A stretch of 64,000 bases of DNA, taken from Pseudomonadota bacterium. GTDB taxonomy: Bacteria > Bdellovibrionota > Bdellovibrionia > Bdellovibrionales > SG-bin7. The stretch covers positions 15,468 to 79,467 of the forward strand of contig JAWXAY010000075.1 of assembly GCA_034439715.1 (NCBI GenBank). Direction: 5' to 3'. The translations under genes and the position numbers were made by a program. Under the pieces are notes generated by a model, which did no database searches, had not been told where the DNA came from, and worked only from the letters and a program-made list of their open reading frames with translations. Position 1 is the first letter of the stretch, and each line of letters begins with the position of its first letter. Below are positions 27,892 through 36,903 of the stretch, piece by piece.

Positions 27892-28809
27892 CTATTGAGT
27901 AATCACAACGGAGTGATCTTCATCCCTGCCGTTTCGATTAATCCCGATCTGTATGTTGTTACTGCTTTTAACATCATTAAAAATTTGCATTGCCTTTGCC
28001 GGATTATCTACCGGTTGGCCATTCACAGTTTTAATAATATCATTGGGTAAAAGACCCATTTGAGAAAGTACGCTGTTGGGATCAATATCAAAAATCTGGT
28101 AGCCATCAATACGGCCCTGGGCATCACGATGAAAGTTTCCACTTGCCTGATTCATAATCTCAGGGATTTGCAAGAGGGTTTTATCCAAAAAGCTCTTATT
28201 AATTTTTACCTGATTTCCTTCGACGGTGATTTCTTTACTGGCCCCAACGGGTGATTTAACACCAAAGCTCAGTTTCCCATCTTCTTTTATTTCAGCAAAT
28301 TCCATGCGATTCGTGTTTTTGTTTTTAATTAATATTTTTCGACGCTCCACTTTTTTTAACACTGCCATATTTTCAATCTCATCTTCAATTTCGTAAGCGA
28401 CAATTTTACCGCGGCCTTTGAGTTCAATGCTAGCGACTGACTTAGAGCCATCGACATGCACGATTGTGCCCACGAGACTAATCGGGAGTTTGGTAGGTTC
28501 TGCTGGTAAATCCTCTGGAGACTGTTGTTCGCCATCACTTGTGAGTTTTTTGGCTATTACGCCATCGGAGTTGAAAATATTTTTTCGGGTAATCACCTGA
28601 TAGTTTGACATTGGTTTTGGCTCAGATGTGTAGGGTCGCGAGGCGACGGGGACTTGGGTAGGCGATAAGGGTAAAAAATTATCGCGAATGTAAGTCGTGA
28701 TGAGATCGGCAGAAAGGTAGCCTAAGAAAATCATCAAGATATAGATATAGCTATACTCAAATCTTGGTGGAGAAATTTTGACTTTTCGAATCGGCTGAAT
28801 TCTATTCAT
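27892..28809 (-). CDS. gspC: Type II secretion protein GspC (with PDZ domain)
   Basis: TM helix, KNIF, LVGTI, and C-terminal PDZ-like GLLPNDII..VNG. Confidence 0.85.
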   Translation of the reverse strand: MNRIQPIRKVKISPPRFEYSYIYILMIFLGYLSADLITTYIRDNFLPLSPTQVPVASRPYTSEPKPMSNYQVITRKNIFNSDGVIAKKLTSDGEQQSPEDLPAEPTKLPISLVGTIVHVDGSKSVASIELKGRGKIVAYEIEDEIENMAVLKKVERRKILIKNKNTNRMEFAEIKEDGKLSFGVKSPVGASKEITVEGNQVKINKSFLDKTLLQIPEIMNQASGNFHRDAQGRIDGYQIFDIDPNSVLSQMGLLPNDIIKTVNGQPVDNPAKAMQIFNDVKSSNNIQIGINRNGRDEDHSVVITQ

Positions 28810-28972
28810 TTTTATTAATTTTTATCCAAACGTTATCTAAAAGTTTAGCGAAATAAAGGGGTTAGATCAGTAAAAAGAAAAGTTAGCCTCGCCTAACGTC
28901 CAGCTCGATTTTGATATTGACGATCAGGCCAGCAGAAGCCCTATACTTAGGTCAAGACGGGGAGGAATTCTT

Positions 28973-29683
28973 ATGAGCAAGAAGCGAATTTGTCGACTTA
29001 GCATTCTTATCTTTGGCGCTTTCTTTGGCGCTATTTTTTTCTTAGGCTGCGGTGACGAAGTTGAGAAGAAAATAGATACTTCTAATCTCGTTGCCGATTT
29101 TTCTGTGATTGGAAACAATAATTCGGTTAAATGCAGAGCCCAGTTTTGGGAAGGTAGTAAAACAAACTTAAGTGGAGAGCTTTCGAACGGCGATCAAGTT
29201 TGGTGTCAAGGCAATATGATGGTAAAAAAACAAGAAGCGAAAAGTGGGATTTGGTATGAAACCGATGTCGTTATTGAAGAAAAATTAGAATACATTTTAA
29301 GTTTTAAACGTCCGGGAGAAAATGCCTATTTAGCGCATGTCACTTTACCCAAAAAAGTTAAAATATTAAATCCTCATCACGGAGATAAAATTGAACAAGG
29401 TCGCGATATTTTGGTTGAGGTTACGCCCGGAGAAAAAAATCTTGATATAACGATTCTTGACTTCGAAAAAATCGAAGGCGGCATTAGCGTGGGTTATTCG
29501 GAAAGGGCCCCGGGAGACACGAGCTCTCACAAAATTGCTCACAATCATACGAGCACCACGGGAACTGCTGTCGCCCAGATTATGCTCCAGCGCATTCGCA
29601 TCGGGAGCCAACCTGACGGACTAATGGGTGACACATCGGGAGTTCAAATGGACAAAATAGCCATTGAACTTAAGAGTAAGTAA
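28973..29683 (+). CDS. Hypothetical lipoprotein
   Basis: GGGGAGG SD; basic N-terminus, hydrophobic stretch and FLGC lipobox. Confidence 0.65.
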   Translation: MSKKRICRLSILIFGAFFGAIFFLGCGDEVEKKIDTSNLVADFSVIGNNNSVKCRAQFWEGSKTNLSGELSNGDQVWCQGNMMVKKQEAKSGIWYETDVVIEEKLEYILSFKRPGENAYLAHVTLPKKVKILNPHHGDKIEQGRDILVEVTPGEKNLDITILDFEKIEGGISVGYSERAPGDTSSHKIAHNHTSTTGTAVAQIMLQRIRIGSQPDGLMGDTSGVQMDKIAIELKSK

Positions 29684-29788
29684 TTTGTCAGTTTCTTTCG
29701 TGGGCGCAAGTCTTTCATAGGGCTTTTGCAAAACTTACTCTGTTAAATTAACCAAACTCATTCAACTCAAAAATAGGATGTCTGCTGA

Positions 29789-29804
29789 CGGCACACGTTT
29801 TGCT
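29789..29804 (+). promoter_or_regulatory. Candidate sigma54 (-24/-12) promoter
   Basis: CGGCACACGTTTTGCT matches TGGCAC-N5-TTGCW (GG-N10-GC) upstream of the 29882 ORF. Confidence 0.55.
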
Positions 29805-29881
29805 ATTGGACAAGTATAAGTAACGTTTTTTGGTCTTTAAATTGTAAAAAGTTTTAAAGCGGCCTAGAAAAAATTGGGGGA

Positions 29882-30562
29882 GTGATGGAGTTGGGGGTTT
29901 TTGGTCTTCGAGGTTTTGAATCTGAGGTCGTAAGGGTTAATTTGTGTCGCATTCCGCAGGTCAGCATCAGAATTCGTGAAGCGCAAAAGCTTTTAGAGAT
30001 GGCCAAAATAAAAGACGTGGACTTAATGTCCTTCGTTGTAACCAATGAAAAATTTTTTACGCTCAGTCGAGAATTTCGAAGCTTTATTATTAGCATTATT
30101 TCAATGGGAATTTGTGATAAATATAGCGCGAGTTGTGCTCCCCCTCAGCAAATGCTTATGAACGACAATTTGGAACTCCTCTTGGACTATGTTAAGTCCG
30201 ATGTGATTTCTGATAAAAAACACCCCAAAGTTTTAGAGGCCTTTTGTCGACAGCTGGCACGAAAAAACATTTTTGCGCGCGTCCCTCATAAAGAAACTAA
30301 CCCAGTAAGCTATGGATTATTTACTTCTCACGCGCGCTGGGTAAATTCCGAGGGTTGTCAGTACGGTTTGTTTTTTCAGTTTTTAACACAGGCAGTGCTT
30401 GAAAATGGCGTCAACAGGATTATTTATTTTGGCCCTCAAAATGAAGAGCTCAAGAGTTTGCAAAAGTTGGTTTCTGATCGCTGGCCAAATGTTAAAGTTT
30501 TGGCCTCTGTTGACATAGACGAAACTTTAAGGACTGTAGACTTTAATATCCACGCTTCTTAA
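29882..30562 (+). CDS. Hypothetical protein (weak resemblance to a degenerate FabD/acyltransferase fold)
   Basis: Long ORF with SD; no catalytic GHSxG motif, so the resemblance is impressionistic only. Confidence 0.45.
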   Translation: MMELGVFGLRGFESEVVRVNLCRIPQVSIRIREAQKLLEMAKIKDVDLMSFVVTNEKFFTLSREFRSFIISIISMGICDKYSASCAPPQQMLMNDNLELLLDYVKSDVISDKKHPKVLEAFCRQLARKNIFARVPHKETNPVSYGLFTSHARWVNSEGCQYGLFFQFLTQAVLENGVNRIIYFGPQNEELKSLQKLVSDRWPNVKVLASVDIDETLRTVDFNIHAS

Positions 30563-30571
30563 AACGCGAAA

Positions 30572-31687
30572 CTAAATCAACGCGGCCTCTAAAAAAGGAG
30601 GCGGTAGTAGTGATGTGGGCAAAAGATAGTTGGGCAGTGGTTCGTCCTCATTCCATAATGTGTAAACTCCGAATGGTAATGCACCCGATAAATAATGCTT
30701 GGGCACATTAGTAGCGTAGTCTTCATGAAAATTAATATAGCTTAAAAACTCGGTCCCTTGAGTTTGTTTATAGGCATAGTATAGCAATGATTGAAAAATA
30801 TCGGGATTATCGCAATGCAGATGACTTAAGAATTTAAAGCGCAGCGCTTGATTTCGCTCGGGTAATTTTTTAGCCATGCCGAAAAGTGAACCCACCTTAA
30901 GGAACTGCCTAAGGCCCGCAATGTAGCCATGATACTCTGTAACATTATATTTTTGCACGGACAAAGCATCCCAGGGCGCCACACACCCTACGATATTTCC
31001 GTCGTTATCTCGTGCTAGTAAAAAATCCGAAAGACTTAAGCCTTTAAACCGGCTCAGTTGCTCCATCAGCGCAGTTTCGTCTCTTAGAGCGAAGCCCAGT
31101 GGCCTTTCTCGCAGTTTCTTATTTAAATAATTAAGCAGTTCGGTCAGGTCTGACTTTGAGGCCGATGAAATGCTCAAAGTACTCAAAGGACGTGATAAGT
31201 AAGGTAAGCGGCCGTGAAGTGTAATGTAATCAAACTTTCTCAAAAGATAATAGCGGGGCATTTTTCTCTTCGGACTGCGGGCACGCAAAAAAGTGTTGTA
31301 GGCCTTTCCTTGTTCTTGAGAAAGCACTGTAAAAAGATAGCGACATTGCCGCTTTGATTGGGAATCGTCAATAATGTCCAAAAAGGACTTGGACCACGAG
31401 AGAAGGGCTTCGCGTTGCGGGTCAATGCGTAAATCTGTCATGTAGCCGATTTTTTCTAATTTTCCGTTAAGCCAAGCTTCGCGGTAAACTAGAGTGACAA
31501 GTCCAACAATGTTTCTTTCACCATCGCGCAAAATATAAGGATCAAAGTCATTGCTGCTAATTTTATAAAAATCAAAAAACGGATGCACGCGACCAATGGC
31601 CACTTCGATGGGACCCGGAAAGGGATGTTTTTGAAAAAATCGGATGAGTTCATGACTGTCATTTTCAGTGGCCAACTCAAACTTCAT
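30572..31687 (-). CDS. Tandem GNAT-fold hypothetical protein
   Basis: IVGLVTL...IGYMTDLRIDP GNAT-like strand pattern and a second IVGCV repeat; start taken at ATG 31687. Confidence 0.55.
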   Translation of the reverse strand: MKFELATENDSHELIRFFQKHPFPGPIEVAIGRVHPFFDFYKISSNDFDPYILRDGERNIVGLVTLVYREAWLNGKLEKIGYMTDLRIDPQREALLSWSKSFLDIIDDSQSKRQCRYLFTVLSQEQGKAYNTFLRARSPKRKMPRYYLLRKFDYITLHGRLPYLSRPLSTLSISSASKSDLTELLNYLNKKLRERPLGFALRDETALMEQLSRFKGLSLSDFLLARDNDGNIVGCVAPWDALSVQKYNVTEYHGYIAGLRQFLKVGSLFGMAKKLPERNQALRFKFLSHLHCDNPDIFQSLLYYAYKQTQGTEFLSYINFHEDYATNVPKHYLSGALPFGVYTLWNEDEPLPNYLLPTSLLPPPFLEAALI

Positions 31688-31688
31688 A

Positions 31689-32255
31689 TTAAGTTTTGGC
31701 CCAAAGAGTTTCTTTAGACTTAGATTTTGCATTTATAAAGCGCGCTGCCACAAATAGATAATCTCCTAGGCGGTTGAGATAAATTAAGTCCTCTTTAAGG
31801 TGAGGGCACTCAGATAAATGTTCGGCAACTCTGCGCTCAGCCCGCCGACAGACCGTGCGCGCCACATGTAGGGAGGCTGCTGAGATATTCCCCCCTGGCA
31901 AGATAAAATTCTTAAGAGGCTTCAGGCCTATTTCAAACAAATCCATTTGTTCTTCAAATAAGTGGATTTGTTTCGCGTTTATTTTAGGTAAACCCAAAAG
32001 AATTTTACTATCATCACAGGCGAGGCGGCTACCAATGCAAAATAAATCATGTTGAGATGCAGTTAGCGTTTTTAAAACCTGAGTTTTAAAAGCCGCTTTG
32101 GGCTTGCCGTTTAAAGTTGCAATACAAAAGCCAACATACGAATTGAGTTCGTCGATAGTTCCGTAGGAATGGAGCCGTGAGTGGGACTTTAAAACCCTTT
32201 TTCCGCTGATGAGGCTGGTTGTTCCTAGATCACCGGTTTTGGTATAAATCTTCAT
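31689..32255 (-). CDS. PduO-type ATP:cob(I)alamin adenosyltransferase
   Basis: KIYTKTGDLGTT, YGTIDELNS, FILPGG, RTVCRRAER, YLNRLGDYLF. Confidence 0.93.
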   Translation of the reverse strand: MKIYTKTGDLGTTSLISGKRVLKSHSRLHSYGTIDELNSYVGFCIATLNGKPKAAFKTQVLKTLTASQHDLFCIGSRLACDDSKILLGLPKINAKQIHLFEEQMDLFEIGLKPLKNFILPGGNISAASLHVARTVCRRAERRVAEHLSECPHLKEDLIYLNRLGDYLFVAARFINAKSKSKETLWAKT

Positions 32256-32331
32256 AATCACAATATTTTAGCAGCAAAAAAGATTGCAATGCAAAAGGTA
32301 ATCATTAAGGTTAAGGGATAAGGACAAATAA

Positions 32332-33132
32332 ATGAGACCTTTCTTTATTTCCATACCTCATGCCGGCGAAGTAGTGCCCACAGAGGCTACTTGGTTACGT
32401 GACCTCAAGGAACCGATCCTAATGTGTGACACCGATCGGTTTGTAGATAGGCTTTATCTTCCGACCATAATAAAACTAGGCCTCCCGAATGTCATTGCTG
32501 AATTTCATCGCTATGTTGTAGATCTCAATCGTTGGCCCGAGGATGTTGATTGTGAGTCAGTGCAAGGTAGTAAGAACAAATCTGGACTTCACCCAAAGGG
32601 TTTTCATTGGTACATAACAACTCAGGGGCAAAGGGTAATGGATAAACCTATGACTCAAGCGCTCCACGAAAAATTTGTTAAAATGTATTTTGAGCCTTTT
32701 CACTCTGAAATTCGCAAAAAATTTGCCGAAATGAAAAAAAGTGGCGCTAGAGAAGTTTATCATTTAGACGCCCACAGTATGCCGTCCAGGGGTGGCGCAA
32801 TGCATGAGGATCCAGGTGAGACAAGAGCTCAAATAGTTATTAGTGACTTTAAAGGCAAGAGTTGCAACAGATGGTTTTTAGATCTTGTGGTGAGTGCCTA
32901 CGAAAAAGCGGATTTTCAAACCCGAGTTAACTGGCCGTATATTGGTGGTCGCATCACACAAACTTATGGCCAGCCAGAAAAAGGTCAGAATACCATTCAA
33001 GTAGAAATGAATCGCGCTCTTTATATGGATGAACAGACAAAAAAGTGGCAATCCGCAGAAGCCACAGAAGTGCAAAAAAAGTTAGAGCAGGCGCTCTCAG
33101 AAATTTATAATAATGTACCGGAAATCACATGA
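32332..33132 (+). CDS. N-formylglutamate amidohydrolase family protein
   Basis: SIPHAG, DTD, RYVVDLNR, LDAHSMP, NWPYIGG, IQVEMNRALYMDE. Confidence 0.9.
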   Translation: MRPFFISIPHAGEVVPTEATWLRDLKEPILMCDTDRFVDRLYLPTIIKLGLPNVIAEFHRYVVDLNRWPEDVDCESVQGSKNKSGLHPKGFHWYITTQGQRVMDKPMTQALHEKFVKMYFEPFHSEIRKKFAEMKKSGAREVYHLDAHSMPSRGGAMHEDPGETRAQIVISDFKGKSCNRWFLDLVVSAYEKADFQTRVNWPYIGGRITQTYGQPEKGQNTIQVEMNRALYMDEQTKKWQSAEATEVQKKLEQALSEIYNNVPEIT

Positions 33133-34505
33133 GTCGAATTCCACTGAAAAAGTTTATTAAGTTTTTTTCTTCTCTCAAGTTGGCGGTAGTGTTAATTTTG
33201 TCCCTCGGTGCCGTAACTTCTGTGGGAACCATCATTGAGGCTAAATACAATACCATGACTGCGCAAAAGTGGGTTTATCATTCGCCCATCATGCTTGGCC
33301 TTTTGGCGCTTCTAATGTTTATTTTGTCGATGGTGCTCTTAGACCGCTATCCTTGGAAAAGGCAGCAGTCAGGATTTGTTTTGGCTCACATTGGACTTAT
33401 TACTTTACTTCTTGGCTCCTACGTTACTATGCAATGGGGAATTGACGGAAGCTTGGCCTTTCCCATCGGTGAGGTAGCCAGAAAAGTGGTGATTGATGAA
33501 ACTGAGATAAACCTATGGTCATCGTTTGATGGGGATCGTTACACCCGACTCTACCATAAAGATGTTGATTTCTTTTTGAAGCGACCGAGCAAGTATCCCA
33601 TTTCCATTGCTACACCCGTCGGAAATATAAAAATTGATGATTTTGTCCCCTATGCTTTTGTCGAAAGAAAATTTGTGGGCAGCAAAGATAGAAAAAAAGG
33701 TGCCGGGCTCAGATTCCAAATGCAGAATCAGTTTGTGAACGTCATTGATTGGTTGGCTCAACGTGATGATTCGAAGGGTGCCATAGCTCCTTTGGGACCA
33801 GCACAGATAGTTCTTGTTACGGGATTTTACAAGCCGACCGGAAAAAACGAAATTGTCTTAGAAACTAATGGCGATAAGGAGTCACTTAAGTATACCGTTT
33901 ATTCAAGTAAAGTGGGAGTTTCGCCAAAACGTGGTGTAGCGAGAGCGGGTAGCGAGATCGACACGGGTTGGATGGGGTTAAAGTTTAGAATACTCAATTA
34001 CTTTCCTCATATCGATGAAGAAGTTACTATTAGACCACTCAAATACCCGACGGAATTGACTCGACAAGCGATTAAAGTGAGCCTTAATGACAGATCGCAG
34101 TGGGTGGAGCTAAATAACGTCGTTCGTTTTTTTGTAGAGAATCAGGTTTATGTGTTAGAATATGTGAATAAAGGCCTCGACATCGGATTTGATATGCGGC
34201 TGACTGATTTTACAGTGGGCCGTTATCAAGGAACGATGCGAGCCGCCAGTTACCAAAGTGAAATGGACGTCGAGGGGCAAGGTAAAGTAACTATTGCCAT
34301 GAATGAGCCTCTTACAAAAAATGGTTATACCTTCTATCAGGCCAGTTTTCAGGAGGAAAACGGTAAACCAGTACTGAGTATATTATCGGTTAACAGAGAC
34401 CCTGGTCGTTGGATTAAATATTTGGGTTCGCTTTTGGTTGTACTTGGAATAATCATCATGTTTTATTTTAAAGACTATTATTTTCCTAAAAAAGAATCAG
34501 CGTAA
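33129..34505 (+). CDS. ccsB: Cytochrome c biogenesis system II protein (ResB/CcsB)
   Basis: FSSLKLAV, AHIG, MNEPL...GYTFYQAS, NRDPG; adjacent to ccsA. Confidence 0.85.
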   Translation: MSRIPLKKFIKFFSSLKLAVVLILSLGAVTSVGTIIEAKYNTMTAQKWVYHSPIMLGLLALLMFILSMVLLDRYPWKRQQSGFVLAHIGLITLLLGSYVTMQWGIDGSLAFPIGEVARKVVIDETEINLWSSFDGDRYTRLYHKDVDFFLKRPSKYPISIATPVGNIKIDDFVPYAFVERKFVGSKDRKKGAGLRFQMQNQFVNVIDWLAQRDDSKGAIAPLGPAQIVLVTGFYKPTGKNEIVLETNGDKESLKYTVYSSKVGVSPKRGVARAGSEIDTGWMGLKFRILNYFPHIDEEVTIRPLKYPTELTRQAIKVSLNDRSQWVELNNVVRFFVENQVYVLEYVNKGLDIGFDMRLTDFTVGRYQGTMRAASYQSEMDVEGQGKVTIAMNEPLTKNGYTFYQASFQEENGKPVLSILSVNRDPGRWIKYLGSLLVVLGIIIMFYFKDYYFPKKESA

Positions 34506-34515
34506 GGTGGATTGA

Positions 34516-36180
34516 ATGAGTTTGAAATTATTGAAAAGGCCTCTTGGATTATTTTTACTTTTATTTTTTATGATGAGTCCGGCCATGGCCGTTCGTGATT
34601 CCGTTAAATTTTTGGCCATTCAAAACGGAGGTCGCCTTAAACCTTTTGATACTTTTGCTAAGGAGAGTTTGCAGCTACTTCATGGAAAAAGAAGTCTTGA
34701 GGGGCGTAGCGCGATCGATGTAATAATGACGATGTATATGGTTCCCGATCTTTGGGAAAACACGAAGTTTATTTCAATAAAAAATCTCGACCTTAAAAGA
34801 GAATTGAAATTTGAAGAGGGCCAAAATCTTTTTTCAATGAAAGACATTCTTTCGAGTACCCGTTTGCGGCTAATTATTGAAAAACTTCGCTCTAGAGAAG
34901 CTATGAAAGAAAAACTAAACCCTTATTATCAGGCCATACAAAAAATAGAGGGACAGATCTTTACTTACCAATCTATTGTCAGTGGTCAGGCGCTTACTTT
35001 AGTACCACCAAAACAAGGTGAATCTAGTCAATGGTTGCCGGTTTTTCATAGTACGGGGCCATTTGTTGATCTTTTTTCTAAAATCGGCTCAGAATTTGCG
35101 ATGTCGGTGGGTGCCGAGGTCAAAGACAGGAAACCAGAGTTAGATACACTTAAAAAAACGCCAGCACAGGCAGAGATTGATTTGGCCCAAAAGGTAAGCG
35201 ACTTTAGCGCGGCTGCTCGTGCGCAAAACCCTGAGCTTTACCCCAAAGACCGAGATATTAAAATAGAAGTCTTTTATAACTCACTTCAACCGTTTATGTG
35301 GAGCTGGATCTGCTACCTCGTGGCTGGCTTTATGTTTTTGATGTTTTTGTTAAGCCATCGAAAATGGACGAAAAATACGGCCTTTTTCTTTCTCTTTGCT
35401 GGCTTTTTGATCCACACTTTGGGTTTTGCATTTCGCATCTATATTAGTGGGCGTCCGCCGGTCTCTAATATGTATGAAACTGTCATATGGGTGGCTTATG
35501 GCGCCATATTATTTGGATTCATTATCGAGCGCATCTATAGACATACAGTTGTGCTCATTGGCTCGTGCCTTGTCGCCATGCTCTGTTTGATTCTTGCGGA
35601 TTTAGCGCCGGCAATTTTGGATCCGAGTCTGCAGCCGCTCGAGCCCGTATTGGTAAGTAATTTTTGGCTCATTATTCACGTAATGACGATTTCTATCAGT
35701 TATGCGGCTTTCTTTTTGGCTCTTGCTTTAGGAAACATTGGTCTGTTTTTCTATATTCGAAACGAAGAAAAAAACAAGACTTCGATCAACCAGGTGACGA
35801 ATGCCATTTATCGCTGCATTCAAATTGGAGTAGTGCTTTTGGCCGCGGGAATAATTTTGGGTGGAATTTGGGCCGACTATTCATGGGGAAGATTTTGGGG
35901 TTGGGATCCCAAAGAAACTTGGGCTCTTATTGCCTTGTTAGGCTACTTGGCTATGCTTCATGGCCGATTGGGTGGTTGGATTAAAAATTTTGGCATGAAC
36001 GTTTGGGCTGTGGTGGCATTTTCTCTGGTTATAATGGCCTGGTACGGAGTGAATTTTGTCTTGGGTGCCGGCCTTCATTCCTATGGCTTTGGTGCTGGCG
36101 GAATAGAATACGTCGTCGGGTTTATCGTCGCCGAAATCATCTATGTAGTTTACGCATGGATGATGCGAGGAAAAGCTTAA
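34516..36180 (+). CDS. ccsA: Cytochrome c biogenesis system II protein CcsA/ResC
   Basis: PPVSNMYE, WWD motif WADYSWGRFWGWDPKETW, GLHSY. Confidence 0.93.
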   Translation: MSLKLLKRPLGLFLLLFFMMSPAMAVRDSVKFLAIQNGGRLKPFDTFAKESLQLLHGKRSLEGRSAIDVIMTMYMVPDLWENTKFISIKNLDLKRELKFEEGQNLFSMKDILSSTRLRLIIEKLRSREAMKEKLNPYYQAIQKIEGQIFTYQSIVSGQALTLVPPKQGESSQWLPVFHSTGPFVDLFSKIGSEFAMSVGAEVKDRKPELDTLKKTPAQAEIDLAQKVSDFSAAARAQNPELYPKDRDIKIEVFYNSLQPFMWSWICYLVAGFMFLMFLLSHRKWTKNTAFFFLFAGFLIHTLGFAFRIYISGRPPVSNMYETVIWVAYGAILFGFIIERIYRHTVVLIGSCLVAMLCLILADLAPAILDPSLQPLEPVLVSNFWLIIHVMTISISYAAFFLALALGNIGLFFYIRNEEKNKTSINQVTNAIYRCIQIGVVLLAAGIILGGIWADYSWGRFWGWDPKETWALIALLGYLAMLHGRLGGWIKNFGMNVWAVVAFSLVIMAWYGVNFVLGAGLHSYGFGAGGIEYVVGFIVAEIIYVVYAWMMRGKA

Positions 36181-36317
36181 AAAGGCATTAGCTTTGCGCA
36201 GGTCTTAAGCAGCTGAAATTATTTTTTTAAAAATCCTATTTGATTTCTTGAAACTAATGCTTAAGCTCAGTAACTATTAATCTAAACTAACTACTTGATT
36301 AACAGCAAGGTAGCCTT

Positions 36318-36887
36318 ATGCATAATAAATTTTCTTATAAGTTTGTCGTGGGATTTTTACACACACTGCCAATCTTGTTTTTGGCGTTTTCCATTATTTC
36401 CTGTAAGCCCAAAGACAAGTCAAACAAGGATCCCAACAATAATAGCATGTCGATGGCTTATAACAAAGGTTACACTCCCGACCAGCCGATTGATTTTGAT
36501 CATACTTTACATGCCGGCGTTAATAAAATTCCTTGTCTTTATTGCCACGCCAATGCGCCTCGCTCTCGGCACGCGACGGTTCCTAGCCTAAATATTTGTA
36601 TGAATTGCCATATTCAAGTAGCAACTGATCGACCAGAAATTAAAAAGCTTCAAGATCATTTTAATAACGATAGGGCTGTTGTTTGGAACAAAGTTCACCT
36701 GCTTCCTGATTTTGTAATGTTTAATCATAAGCCGCATGTTCGAAAAGGAATTGCCTGTCAATCTTGTCATGGGCCCGTGGAATCAATGGCCCAGGTAAAA
36801 CAATTTTCTGACCTATCGATGGGTTGGTGTGTGGATTGCCATCGTAGAAACAACGCACCCCTAAACTGTACTACGTGTCATCACTAA
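36318..36887 (+). CDS. actA: Alternative complex III pentaheme cytochrome c ActA
   Basis: Five CxxCH motifs (CLYCH, CMNCH, CQSCH, CVDCH, CTTCH), QPIDFDH and LSMGWC. Confidence 0.9.
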   Translation: MHNKFSYKFVVGFLHTLPILFLAFSIISCKPKDKSNKDPNNNSMSMAYNKGYTPDQPIDFDHTLHAGVNKIPCLYCHANAPRSRHATVPSLNICMNCHIQVATDRPEIKKLQDHFNNDRAVVWNKVHLLPDFVMFNHKPHVRKGIACQSCHGPVESMAQVKQFSDLSMGWCVDCHRRNNAPLNCTTCHH

Positions 36888-36903
36888 TAAAGAGGCTTGC
36901 ATC

